Of a DNA stretch of 52,642 nucleotides, positions 8,225-17,884 are shown in pieces. Source of the DNA: Candidatus Kapaibacterium sp. (lineage in GTDB: Bacteria; Bacteroidota; Ignavibacteria; Palsa-1295). The notes under the pieces were generated by a model, which worked only from the letters and a program-made list of their open reading frames with translations, did not search any database and was not told where the DNA came from. The stretch covers positions 1 through 52,642 of the forward strand of contig JBBRNY010000004.1 in the NCBI GenBank assembly GCA_038229915.1, read 5' to 3'. The translations under genes and the position numbers were made by a program. How positions within the stretch are numbered: the stretch's first letter is position 1; each line of letters starts with the position of its first letter.

Positions 8225-11200
8225 TTAATCGACAACGACATCGCTCGGAGCGTTGGGATCATAAATAAAACCTTTTTCTTCCGAAAGGAAACGCGCTTCG
8301 AGTTCGTGCTTCGTTGGTTTGCCTTTGCGTAGATATGAATAGATGATCGGCACAACGAAGAGTGTCGTGATCGTTGCAAAGATCAATCCGCCGATCACTG
8401 CTCTGCCAAGTGGCGCATTCTGCTCGCCACCTTCGCCCAGACCAAGTGCCATCGGTATCATACCAAGGATCATCGCGAGTGCTGTCATCAGCACAGGACG
8501 GATACGAGTCTTCCCTGCTTCGAGTGCTCCGCGAAGTGCATCATATCCGTGTTCAACACGAACATCATTTGCAAAACTCACAAGCAATGTAGAATTCGAG
8601 ACCGCAATACCAACGGACATAATAGTACCCATCAGCGACATCACGTTGATCGTGGTTCCTGTTGCGGCAAGGATCCAAAGAATACCACAGATCGAACCCG
8701 GTACTGCTACCATCACAATAAAGGGATCAAGCCAGGATTGGAATAAGATTGCCATCAATAAATACACCATCAAAATGGCAATGAGAATACCATAGCCCAA
8801 ACTCCTGAATGAATCATTCATCACTTCGTTCTGTCCACGAATCGTGATCTTCATTCCCTTTGGCAATTCACCAAGTTTGTCTATTTCTTTTTGAATGTCA
8901 TTTACAGTAGAACCAAGATCGCGACCTTCGACATTTGCAGTGACATCAAGCACACGTTGAACGGTATAGTGATCTATTTCTGTGGGTGTCCATTCGCTTG
9001 ATACACTGACAAGATTACCAAGTGTTTGTGCAGGCGGGCTCATTTGGTCTGTCGGTGCGCCTGTGCCGACCGTTTGTAACAATGCCGCCGCAGATGGCGG
9101 TGTTATTGGGCTTGCAAGTAATTCTTCCAACGTCGATACTCGTTCCATCGGGACACGCACACTGGCACTGTAATTGACATTGTTCTTGGGGTTCAAAAAG
9201 AATGATGGTGCCAGCAACGAACTTGACGAAAGCGAGATCAGCATACTCGTCGCAACATCTTTTACTGTGAGTCCCATCTGTGCTGCACGCTGACGGTCAA
9301 CATTCAATCGCAATGTCGGATAGTTCAGTACCTGTTTGATATTGACATCGGCAGTACCAGGTATTAGTTTTAATTTATTATAAAGTGTAACGGCGTACTC
9401 GTGCGATTTTTGCAGATTAGCAAATTCGATCTGCACGTCGATCGGAGCAGAAACACCAAAATTCAGAACCTGACTCAGGATATCGGCAGGTTGGAAGTAC
9501 ATATTGCTTCCGGGGAAATCATCGGCAAGTTCTTTTCGAATTTTTTTCATATACTCAACGCTCGGACGATGATTCGGCTTGAGTGCTATCAATATTTCCG
9601 CATCCATTCCGTTAACATTATCCGAGGGGATCATCGAAAGATTATATGATGTCGGTACCCCGATCATATCATTGATCGTTTCGAGTTCAGATCGTGGGAT
9701 CAATCCACGGATAGAATCCTCAACTCGCAATACCAATTTTTCGGTTTCTTCAAGACGGGTACCAACTGGCGCACGGAAATGCAATTTCATCAATCCAGTA
9801 TCGGTAGATGGGAAGAAATCTGTCCCGACCACGCTGGTTAATAAAAGCGAGATCACCACGATACATGCGGCGACGATCAAGGTAAACTTACGATGCAACA
9901 GCATTGACTCCAAGAGTCTGCCATAGGCATTCTGGAATTTCTCAAAAAAGAGTTCGCGCTTGTAATTAAACTTCTTTACAAATCCTGATGTCGGTGCAGC
10001 GGTATGCTCATGCTCAGAATGAATAGGCTCGCCACCCATCAGCATTCGCGAAAGTGTTGGGACTAATGTTCTCGACAAGATATAGGATGCAAGCATCGAG
10101 ATCACCACCGATAATGCCATCGGGGTAAATAAGAACTTCGACGGACCGGTCAAGAGCACTACCGGAAAGAAAACGATACATATCGAAAGCGTCGCCATAA
10201 TAGCAGGCAATGCTATCTGTTGTGCTCCGTCAAGGATTGCCACGGTAAGTGGCTTTTTCATATTTCGATTTCGATGGATATTCTCCACCTCGACCGTCGC
10301 ATCATCAACAAGCATACCGATCGCGAGCGAAAGACCGCCGAGCGTCATAATATTGATCGTGTTGCCCGTAAGCTTCAGGCCGATAATACCGGTCAAGATC
10401 GAGAGTGGTATCGAAATACTCACGATAAGAACACTACGCCAACTACCCAGGAACAACAAGATCATCAGTGAGACCAATATCGCCGCGATCACACCTTCGC
10501 GAAGTACACTATCAATAGCCGCTTGCACGAATGTCGATTGATCAAAATCTACTTTCAGTTCAAGCCCATCGGGTGCGACGGCTTTGATCGACGGAAGAAT
10601 ATCACGCGCCGCTTGCACAATAGTGAGCGTCGAGGCATTTGCTTTTTTAACAATAGCGAGATAGGTCGAGCGTCTGCCGTCAACGTGCACAATATTCGTT
10701 TGCTGACCAAAACCGTCAGAAACATTACCCACATCCCCCAATCGTATCACAGCACCATTGACTACTTTAACGGGGATATCGTTGAATTGATCAACTGAAG
10801 ATGGGCTGGCATTGATCGCAATATTATACTCTCTTTCACCAAGTCGGACTGAGCCTGCGGGCAAAATAACATTCGAGTTTGAAAGCGCGGTTACAACATC
10901 GGCAGCAGAAAGTCCTTTCGAGACAAGTTTTTTCGGATCGACATCAACCGTAATGAGCCGACCTCTTCCGCCGTATGGAGCCGGAGTTGCAAGACCTGGT
11001 ATAGTAAAAAGTTTTATTCGAATAAAATTGATACCATAATCAAAGATCTCTTCTTCGGTCATCGTCTTGCTCGACATTGAGATCTGCGCTACCGGAACGT
11101 TGCTTGCATTGAACTGAATGATCGACGGTGGACGAATACCGGTTGGCATAATAGATGTTATCGCTGAGCTGACAGCCGCGATCTGTGCAATAGCAGCGCC

Positions 11201-11506
11201 AATATCCGAACCAGGTTCGAAGTAGATCTTTAAGAGACCAATACTCGGAAGAGAAGATGATTCGATGCGCGAAATACCGTTAACCGTTGTTGAGTATGCT
11301 CTTTCGCTAATGAGCACAACACGACGCTCCATATCTTCTGCCGAAAGACCGTTGTAGCTCCAAACGACCGAGACGACAGGAATATCGATCGCCGGAAATA
11401 TATCCACAAGCATACTCTTGAGCGAGAGTACACCCATCAATAAAATAAAGAAACAGAAGACGGCTATCGTGTATGGCCTACGAAGCGCTAAACGGACTAT
11501 CCACAT
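8225..11506 (-). CDS. RND efflux permease (AcrB/CusA superfamily)
   Basis: 1093 aa; motifs DIFP, GMLVDDATVEVEN, TRIRPVLMTALAMILGMIPMAL and APLGRAVIGG. Confidence 0.95.
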   Translation of the reverse strand: MWIVRLALRRPYTIAVFCFFILLMGVLSLKSMLVDIFPAIDIPVVSVVWSYNGLSAEDMERRVVLISERAYSTTVNGISRIESSSLPSIGLLKIYFEPGSDIGAAIAQIAAVSSAITSIMPTGIRPPSIIQFNASNVPVAQISMSSKTMTEEEIFDYGINFIRIKLFTIPGLATPAPYGGRGRLITVDVDPKKLVSKGLSAADVVTALSNSNVILPAGSVRLGEREYNIAINASPSSVDQFNDIPVKVVNGAVIRLGDVGNVSDGFGQQTNIVHVDGRRSTYLAIVKKANASTLTIVQAARDILPSIKAVAPDGLELKVDFDQSTFVQAAIDSVLREGVIAAILVSLMILLFLGSWRSVLIVSISIPLSILTGIIGLKLTGNTINIMTLGGLSLAIGMLVDDATVEVENIHRNRNMKKPLTVAILDGAQQIALPAIMATLSICIVFFPVVLLTGPSKFLFTPMALSVVISMLASYILSRTLVPTLSRMLMGGEPIHSEHEHTAAPTSGFVKKFNYKRELFFEKFQNAYGRLLESMLLHRKFTLIVAACIVVISLLLTSVVGTDFFPSTDTGLMKLHFRAPVGTRLEETEKLVLRVEDSIRGLIPRSELETINDMIGVPTSYNLSMIPSDNVNGMDAEILIALKPNHRPSVEYMKKIRKELADDFPGSNMYFQPADILSQVLNFGVSAPIDVQIEFANLQKSHEYAVTLYNKLKLIPGTADVNIKQVLNYPTLRLNVDRQRAAQMGLTVKDVATSMLISLSSSSLLAPSFFLNPKNNVNYSASVRVPMERVSTLEELLASPITPPSAAALLQTVGTGAPTDQMSPPAQTLGNLVSVSSEWTPTEIDHYTVQRVLDVTANVEGRDLGSTVNDIQKEIDKLGELPKGMKITIRGQNEVMNDSFRSLGYGILIAILMVYLLMAILFQSWLDPFIVMVAVPGSICGILWILAATGTTINVMSLMGTIMSVGIAVSNSTLLVSFANDVRVEHGYDALRGALEAGKTRIRPVLMTALAMILGMIPMALGLGEGGEQNAPLGRAVIGGLIFATITTLFVVPIIYSYLRKGKPTKHELEARFLSEEKGFIYDPNAPSDVVVD

Positions 11507-11656
11507 TGCGTTATCATTTCATCAAAACCTAAACAATATTCTCAGCTATCAATAGTGCTTCTTTGCAATAATAAAGAAGTATTCTAAAAACACACTGGTT
11601 ACAGAGATAACTCCATGATGTTGCCCATTACATGGGAGACCAAAAACAATACTAGT

Positions 11657-11694
11657 AAAAAAAACCTCCGCAAATTTTTATTCGCAGAGGTTTT
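11657..11694 (-). terminator. Probable terminator after typA
   Basis: Imperfect AAAACCTC...GAGGTTTT stem with an 8-nt U-tract on minus, about 30 nt after the typA stop. Confidence 0.6.
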
Positions 11695-11722
11695 CTTAAA
11701 TTTACATCCTATCAATCGTGGC

Positions 11723-13570
11723 TTACGCCTCGTCCATCTGTGCCTTTTTCTTGTTTTGGCGGAAGCGGACGCTTGGGTCGAGTTCTTTTTTGCGGAATCG
11801 AGTTGATTCCGGCGTGATCTCGAGAAGATCATCATCATCAAGCCACTCGATCTGCTGTTCGAGCGAAAGCGTACGAGGCGCGTCGAGCTGTAACGCTCCG
11901 TCCGAACCCGATGCACGCATATTCGTAAGATGCTTTTTCTTCGTGACATTGACGATCATTTCGCCTTCGCGGCTATTCTCGCCAACGATCATACCACGAT
12001 AGACTTTCGTACCAGGTGCGACAAAGAATACGGCGCGCTCCTGCAAGTTTTCCATTGCATAGCCGGTCGTTTCTCCGTCTTCGAGTGAGACCAGCGAACC
12101 ACGCGAACGTGTGCTGATAGCACCTTTGTATAATTCGTAATCGTAGAATAATTGATTCAGAAGTCCTGTGCCGCGAGTCATTGTCATAAACTCACCGCGG
12201 AAACCGATCATACCACGTGAAGGGACATGATACTCGATCTGCGACTGACCGTTTACGGTAGCCATATTGACCATCTGTCCTTTGCGATGACCAAGTGCTT
12301 CGATCACCGGACCGACATATTCTTCCGGTACATCCACAACAACTTGCTCAACAGGCTCCATCAGATCCCCGTCAACTTCTTGCATGATCACTTCCGGCTT
12401 GCTGACCGAAAATTCATAACCTTCGCGGCGCATGGTCTCGATCAAGATAGCAAGCTGGAGCTCGCCACGAGCTGCAACCTTAAAGGTATCAGGCGAAACG
12501 TCTTCGACACGGATAGAAATATTTTTGCGGAGTTCGCGGATCAAACGCTCACGAAGATGTCGTGAGGTAACGAATTTTCCTTCACGACCAGCAAATGGTG
12601 AGTCATTGACCGAAAAATTCATCGAGATCGTTGGCTCATCAACATTGATGATCGGCAACGGATCAGGTGCGGTAGGATCGGCAAGCGTCTCGCCGATGTG
12701 CACGTCTTCGAGACCTGCGATCTGTACGATCTCGCCGGCGCCGGCTTCTTCGATCTCAACACGTTTCAAACCTTCGAAAGCGAAGAGCTTCGAGACTTTT
12801 GCCTTCTCGAATGTGCCATCGTGCTTGATGCGAGTGATCCAATCGCCCGGATGGATACGACCACGGAAGATACGCCCTACAGCCAAACGACCGAGATAGT
12901 CTGACCAATCGACGTTGGCGACGAGCATCTGATACGGAGCATCAAGTTCGCCTGGTGGTGGTGGTACGTGCTCGATGATGGTATCAAAGAGCGGCTTGAG
13001 GCTTGTGCCTTCTTCGGCTAAAGTCTTTTGTGCGATACCGAATTTACCGATCGCATAAATGACCGGAAATTCAAGTTGCTCATAAGCAGCACCGAGCGAC
13101 ATAAATAGCTCGAACACTTCGTCGAGCACTTCTTCGGCGCGTGCATCTTTACGATCGATCTTATTGATAACGACGATCGGCTTCAGATGGAGTTGTAAGC
13201 TCTTTTTGAGCACGAACTTCGTCTGAGGCAAACAGCCTTCGGCTGCATCCACGAGAAGAACTACACCATCGACCATTTTGAGGATACGCTCGACCTCACC
13301 ACCGAAATCGGCGTGGCCCGGGGTATCAACAATGTTCAGCTTGGTGCCTTCCCAATGGATACTGGTATTTTTCGCCATAATGGTAATTCCCTTCTCTCGT
13401 TCGAGATCGTTGGAATCCATTACTCGGTCTACCATGTGCTCATTCGAGCGGAACGTGCCGCTTTGGCGCAACATCTGATCGACGAGCGTGGTTTTGCCGT
13501 GATCGACGTGCGCGATGATCGCTACGTTGCGAATATCTTGTCTTAGGTGGTCGGTATGCTTTTCTGCCAT
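11723..13570 (-). CDS. typA: Translational GTPase TypA/BipA
   Basis: Motifs RNVAIIAHVDHGKTTLVD, EREKGITI, DTPGHADFGGEVER, NKID, RGELQL and KHLTNMRASG. Confidence 0.98.
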   Translation of the reverse strand: MAEKHTDHLRQDIRNVAIIAHVDHGKTTLVDQMLRQSGTFRSNEHMVDRVMDSNDLEREKGITIMAKNTSIHWEGTKLNIVDTPGHADFGGEVERILKMVDGVVLLVDAAEGCLPQTKFVLKKSLQLHLKPIVVINKIDRKDARAEEVLDEVFELFMSLGAAYEQLEFPVIYAIGKFGIAQKTLAEEGTSLKPLFDTIIEHVPPPPGELDAPYQMLVANVDWSDYLGRLAVGRIFRGRIHPGDWITRIKHDGTFEKAKVSKLFAFEGLKRVEIEEAGAGEIVQIAGLEDVHIGETLADPTAPDPLPIINVDEPTISMNFSVNDSPFAGREGKFVTSRHLRERLIRELRKNISIRVEDVSPDTFKVAARGELQLAILIETMRREGYEFSVSKPEVIMQEVDGDLMEPVEQVVVDVPEEYVGPVIEALGHRKGQMVNMATVNGQSQIEYHVPSRGMIGFRGEFMTMTRGTGLLNQLFYDYELYKGAISTRSRGSLVSLEDGETTGYAMENLQERAVFFVAPGTKVYRGMIVGENSREGEMIVNVTKKKHLTNMRASGSDGALQLDAPRTLSLEQQIEWLDDDDLLEITPESTRFRKKELDPSVRFRQNKKKAQMDEA

Positions 13571-13674
13571 AATTTTATTACTCGGCGCGAAGAACGAGTA
13601 TTTATGACTAAATGGTTCTCTGATGCCGATCGAATGGAGTAAATATGTTACAAAAATCGCTATTTCCCGAAATA

Positions 13675-13701
13675 TGTCACACTTACGCGTATTTTTGTGT
13701 C
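13675..13701 (+). promoter_or_regulatory. ECF-sigma-type promoter TGTCACA-N16-TGTC (copy 1)
   Basis: TGTCACA at 13675-13681, 16 nt, TGTC at 13698-13701. The same motif and spacing precede the paralog. Confidence 0.65.
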
Positions 13702-13760
13702 ATATTCTATAAGTGCAAACTTCCCCCGTGCGCATTCATTCATCAATCGACTCTCGAATA

Positions 13761-15689
13761 ATGTCTCATATCTACAAGACCGCTGTTTTTCTATTGTTGT
13801 GTTATCTTTGTATTAATACTAAGGCAAATGCAGCAACTTCCGACCATTTCCGGTCTTCGGAAGTCGTATATCAGTCCCCTCCCAATGGGGATCGGTACGT
13901 GCTTCCTCATTCAACAGTGATCTTTCGTGTTACAAAGTCATTCCTTTCTCGCAATCCTATCTCCTCATTTCAAATAAACGTGATCGGCACAACTTCGGGA
14001 TTGCACACTGGTATATTCGTCATCAGTGATGATGGTGAGACGGTGATATTCAAACCATCAACTCCATTTGCATTCGATGAAGATGTTCATATATCACTCT
14101 CGATCAATAATGCAGAGGAGATCAAACTTCTCGATGCCTTCAGCTTTCATACTACAAAACTCTCTTCGGTTCAACAACAGCTTCTGCTGGCGCAACTCAA
14201 TCAACAAGAACAAAGGGAATACCGAGAATTTATGCAAAATGGAAATAGCGATCAAATTTCTTCATCCAAATTTTCTCTCCTTGCCCTCCCAACTGACTTC
14301 CCGAATCTCAAGATTATTACGAACACGACGCCATCGCCAGGCAAATTTTATTTTGGCACGTTGAATTTTAATCCCGCAAAACCGCCTGATACAGTACATA
14401 CCTATTTGATGACATTCCAAAACGATGGGCAGGTACATTATTACAAACAATCAACAGCGCCGACGATCGATTACAAGTATCAAAGGGAGTCAAATGTTTT
14501 TAGTTATTTTTTCGCAACCGGCACACTTGGTGCTGGGGCTTACATTGGGAAGTATATCACCACTGATCTTGACCACAACATTCTCGATAGTTTTGCTTGC
14601 GGTAATGGCTATCCTACGGATGGTCACGACTTTATGATCTTGCCCAACAACCACGTTCTCATCGGTAGCTACGATGCCCAGACCGTTGATATGACCAAAG
14701 TCGTCACCGACCCAAACGCCAAAACAAATGCTACGGTATTCGGAACCGTCATTCAAGAGCTTGATCAGAATAAGAATGTTGTCTTCGAATGGAAAAGCTG
14801 GGATCACTTTAAGATCACCGACCATGCTGCTGATATTGCTGATACGAGCAAGCTTATTGACTACTCACATTGGAACAGCCTTAAGCAAGATGCCGATGGA
14901 AATATTCTTCTATCGTCACGAAATATGGATGAGATAACAAAAATAAATCGGACGACCGGTGATATCATGTGGCGCCTCGGTGGAAAAAACAATCAGTTTA
15001 CTATTACTGGGGATACCGAAAAAGTCTTTATCTCACATCAACATGATGCCGAGCGAATTCCGAATGGTCACATGACCGTATGGGATAACGGTAATGCTCA
15101 TAAGCCGCCCTACTCAAGAGCAATGGAGTTTACGATAAACGAGACAGCAAAGACGGTTAACAAAGTGTGGCAATTTCGTCACCCATTGAATCGTTTTACG
15201 TTTGCCGCAGGTAACGCTCAGCGATTAGCAAATGGGAACACCGTTATCGGTTGGGGCATTGTTCAAGATACGATTCTCCCTGCAGTCACCGAAGTTGACC
15301 CGAACGGAAATATCGTCTTCGAAGCCAAACTCCCACTGCTGAACATTAGTTATCGTGCATTCAAATTCGATCTTGCTGACAAGAGCGATGTGAAAAAGAT
15401 AAATTCATCATTGCTCATTCCCTCACTATCATTATTCCCGAACCCTGCTTCGAGCGAGACTACGGTTGAAGTATATATTAATAATGCCCCAGCTACAGTC
15501 GGAGCCATTGTAATGACAGAGCTATTTGATGTTTTGGGACGGAAACTCACTTCGACATCAAGCTATTTCGATGGTTCGGTCACTTATTCAAATGAGATCA
15601 ACACCACCGCACTTCAAACTGGAAGTTACTATGTCAAAGTCAGCTTCGGTGATGTGGTGACGACCAAATTGCTTCAGGTCCGCCAATAA
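13761..15689 (+). CDS. Aryl-sulfate sulfotransferase (ASST family) with N-terminal Ig-like domain and T9SS CTD, paralog 1
   Basis: Signal peptide from MSHIYK (start moved to 13761). ASST motifs DGHDF, DYSHWNS, SSRN, HQHDA, WDNGN, GNAQRLANGNTVIGWG, SYRAFK. FPNP...DVLGR CTD. Confidence 0.88.
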   Translation: MSHIYKTAVFLLLCYLCINTKANAATSDHFRSSEVVYQSPPNGDRYVLPHSTVIFRVTKSFLSRNPISSFQINVIGTTSGLHTGIFVISDDGETVIFKPSTPFAFDEDVHISLSINNAEEIKLLDAFSFHTTKLSSVQQQLLLAQLNQQEQREYREFMQNGNSDQISSSKFSLLALPTDFPNLKIITNTTPSPGKFYFGTLNFNPAKPPDTVHTYLMTFQNDGQVHYYKQSTAPTIDYKYQRESNVFSYFFATGTLGAGAYIGKYITTDLDHNILDSFACGNGYPTDGHDFMILPNNHVLIGSYDAQTVDMTKVVTDPNAKTNATVFGTVIQELDQNKNVVFEWKSWDHFKITDHAADIADTSKLIDYSHWNSLKQDADGNILLSSRNMDEITKINRTTGDIMWRLGGKNNQFTITGDTEKVFISHQHDAERIPNGHMTVWDNGNAHKPPYSRAMEFTINETAKTVNKVWQFRHPLNRFTFAAGNAQRLANGNTVIGWGIVQDTILPAVTEVDPNGNIVFEAKLPLLNISYRAFKFDLADKSDVKKINSSLLIPSLSLFPNPASSETTVEVYINNAPATVGAIVMTELFDVLGRKLTSTSSYFDGSVTYSNEINTTALQTGSYYVKVSFGDVVTTKLLQVRQ

Positions 15690-15709
15690 GAATATTCTTG
15701 CCGATCCAA

Positions 15710-15735
15710 AAAAAGCCTGCGGAAGTGGGCTTTTT
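15710..15735 (+). terminator. Intrinsic terminator
   Basis: AAAAAGCCTGC-ggaa-GTGGGCTTTTT after ASST paralog 1. Confidence 0.75.
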
Positions 15736-15755
15736 CAGTTTAATAGCATTATTTT

Positions 15756-15782
15756 TGTCACATTTAAGGGGTTTTTGGTGTC
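15756..15782 (+). promoter_or_regulatory. ECF-sigma-type promoter TGTCACA-N16-TGTC (copy 2)
   Basis: TGTCACA at 15756-15762, 16 nt, TGTC at 15779-15782. The spacer sequence differs from copy 1. Confidence 0.65.
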
Positions 15783-15826
15783 CTATATAATGGATTAATG
15801 TTTATGAACGCCACCAAGCTACGATT

Positions 15827-17761
15827 TTGATTATGTTTAAGTCCACTCTTATTGTTGTTTTAAATGTGATGCTCTGCTTTTCAATATTTGAAACAGCCGG
15901 AGCAACTTCTACTTCTTTTCGTTCACCTGAGGTGGTGTACCAATCACCCAACAATGGGGACGACTACGTTCTCGAGCAAGCAAAATTTATTGTCCGTTTC
16001 AAAAAGTTTTTTCTACAAACCCATCCGATTACATCCTTTCGTGCAGAAATCCTCGGGAGCAGATCAGGCGCACAACAAGCAACGATCCATCTGAGTGATG
16101 ACGGGGAAACCGTAATCATTACCCCTGAGCATGAATTCGAATTAGCCGAAGATGTTCACGCCAGAATATATTCCAGATCGACGGAAGAAAATATTCTCTT
16201 GAATGAATTCTCATTTCATACTACGAAACTGAGTTTTGCACAAAGATCAGCCGCCGCAAATACTCTTTACGACAAAGAGCAGGCCGAAGCACGTCAGCAT
16301 CAAAACAACAACATAAGCGCCAAGCCCTTTCCGATACTCAATCCACTTGCAAATAAATTTCCGGACCCGATCATTACATTCAACACCAAGCCATCAACTG
16401 GCAGGTTTTTTCTTGCGGCAATAAACTTTAATGTTGCAGAGCCACCTCCGGCACCCCCACCGGTTAATACGGCAATGATCTTTGAAAATTGGGGTGCAAA
16501 TTACTATTTCCAACAAACCCCGGCATTTGCTTCAATGGGGGATTTAAAAGTCCAACCATTTCACAATTCTATTACCTACTTCCAAAGAATTGCCGGCGGA
16601 GACCAATCAAAAGGCATCTCATTCTGCATCTATTATGAGCTTGATGCGAATTATAAGTTGATCGACAGCTTCCGGTGTGGCAATGGGTACCCCACAGATG
16701 CACATGATTTTCAGATATTAAGTAACAACCATTCGTTGGTCGAAAGTTACGATGCACAATTCGTAAATATGCAGACCTTAACAGGCGACCCGAATGCTGA
16801 TACGGCGGCGACTGTTTTTGGCGCGATCGTGCAAGAACTTGATTCAAATAAAAATGTAATATTCCAGTGGCGCAGTTGGGATCATTTTCTTATCACCGAT
16901 TGTACCAATGATAATCCACTAACGGCTCCATCGATCGACTACGTGCATCTAAATTCAGTTGAACAAGATCATGATGGGAATATCATTATTTCCTCGCGTC
17001 ACATGGAAGAAGTCACAAAGATCAACCGCACGACCGGAGAAATAATGTGGCGCTTTGGCGGCAAACACAATCAGATCACCGTTGAGAATGATACGTTGCC
17101 ATTTTCGCATCAACATGACGCAAGACGCTTACCCAACGGGCACATCACTCTCTTTGATAATGGTAATTTGCATATCCCTCCTTTCACAAGGGTTTTAGAA
17201 TATTCCCTCGACGAGCAAACAAAACAAGCCAATCTTGTCTGGAGCTATCAAGATACGATCAACGGAAATATTCTTTATTCGTATGCTGCAGGAAATGTCC
17301 AACGCCTTCCGAATGGAAACACGGTCATTGGCTGGGGGATACAAAATGATCCTGTTGTGACCGAAATCACTTCAGATGGCACAAAAGTGTTTGAAGCAAG
17401 CTTCCCATTTAATTTTGATAGTTATCGAGCATTCAAATTTCCTTGGAAAACAGGCGTGGGTTTGCTGGGTGTAAAAGATGCCGAACCTACAATTCCTAAT
17501 ATCAGTAATTCTAAAATATCAGTATTCCCAAATCCAGCATCAACAAATGCAACGATAGCATTTACTATCGGAAGCCCGTCAAACGTTTCTTTTGAGGTAT
17601 GCGATGTCTTAGGGAGGGTTCTCGCCACCCAATCGCAATATTTCTCTATGGGTGGCGATTACTCGGCTAACTTAAGTCTCGGCTCGCTACCTACCGGCAC
17701 CTATTATATCAAAGTAATGATCGGTGGAATTATCAAAACCGAGAAACTAATAGTTCGATAA
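15827..17761 (+). CDS. Aryl-sulfate sulfotransferase (ASST family) with Ig-like domain and T9SS CTD, paralog 2
   Basis: Motifs DAHDF, DYVHLNS, SSRH, HQHDA, FDNGN, GNVQRLPNGNTVIGWG, SYRAFK; FPNP...DVLGR...GTYY CTD. The start may be the ATG at 15833. Confidence 0.88.
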   Translation: MIMFKSTLIVVLNVMLCFSIFETAGATSTSFRSPEVVYQSPNNGDDYVLEQAKFIVRFKKFFLQTHPITSFRAEILGSRSGAQQATIHLSDDGETVIITPEHEFELAEDVHARIYSRSTEENILLNEFSFHTTKLSFAQRSAAANTLYDKEQAEARQHQNNNISAKPFPILNPLANKFPDPIITFNTKPSTGRFFLAAINFNVAEPPPAPPPVNTAMIFENWGANYYFQQTPAFASMGDLKVQPFHNSITYFQRIAGGDQSKGISFCIYYELDANYKLIDSFRCGNGYPTDAHDFQILSNNHSLVESYDAQFVNMQTLTGDPNADTAATVFGAIVQELDSNKNVIFQWRSWDHFLITDCTNDNPLTAPSIDYVHLNSVEQDHDGNIIISSRHMEEVTKINRTTGEIMWRFGGKHNQITVENDTLPFSHQHDARRLPNGHITLFDNGNLHIPPFTRVLEYSLDEQTKQANLVWSYQDTINGNILYSYAAGNVQRLPNGNTVIGWGIQNDPVVTEITSDGTKVFEASFPFNFDSYRAFKFPWKTGVGLLGVKDAEPTIPNISNSKISVFPNPASTNATIAFTIGSPSNVSFEVCDVLGRVLATQSQYFSMGGDYSANLSLGSLPTGTYYIKVMIGGIIKTEKLIVR

Positions 17762-17780
17762 CCTAAAAATGTGATTCCGT

Positions 17781-17810
17781 GAAAAGCCCCGGCTCAAGCC
17801 AGGGCTTTTC
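17781..17810 (+). terminator. Intrinsic terminator
   Basis: GAAAAGCCCCGGC-tcaa-GCCAGGGCTTTTC after ASST paralog 2. Confidence 0.75.
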
Positions 17811-17884
17811 TATTTGTGGTATATTGAACATCTACTTTCAACGAATTCTTGTATAGAGAGCAGAATATATTATACCACAATACC

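Noticed and set aside
8343-13546. Many 60-155 aa ORFs antisense to or out of frame within the RND and typA genes, and similar ones elsewhere
   Set aside because: These are shadow ORFs of well-conserved genes with no independent signals.
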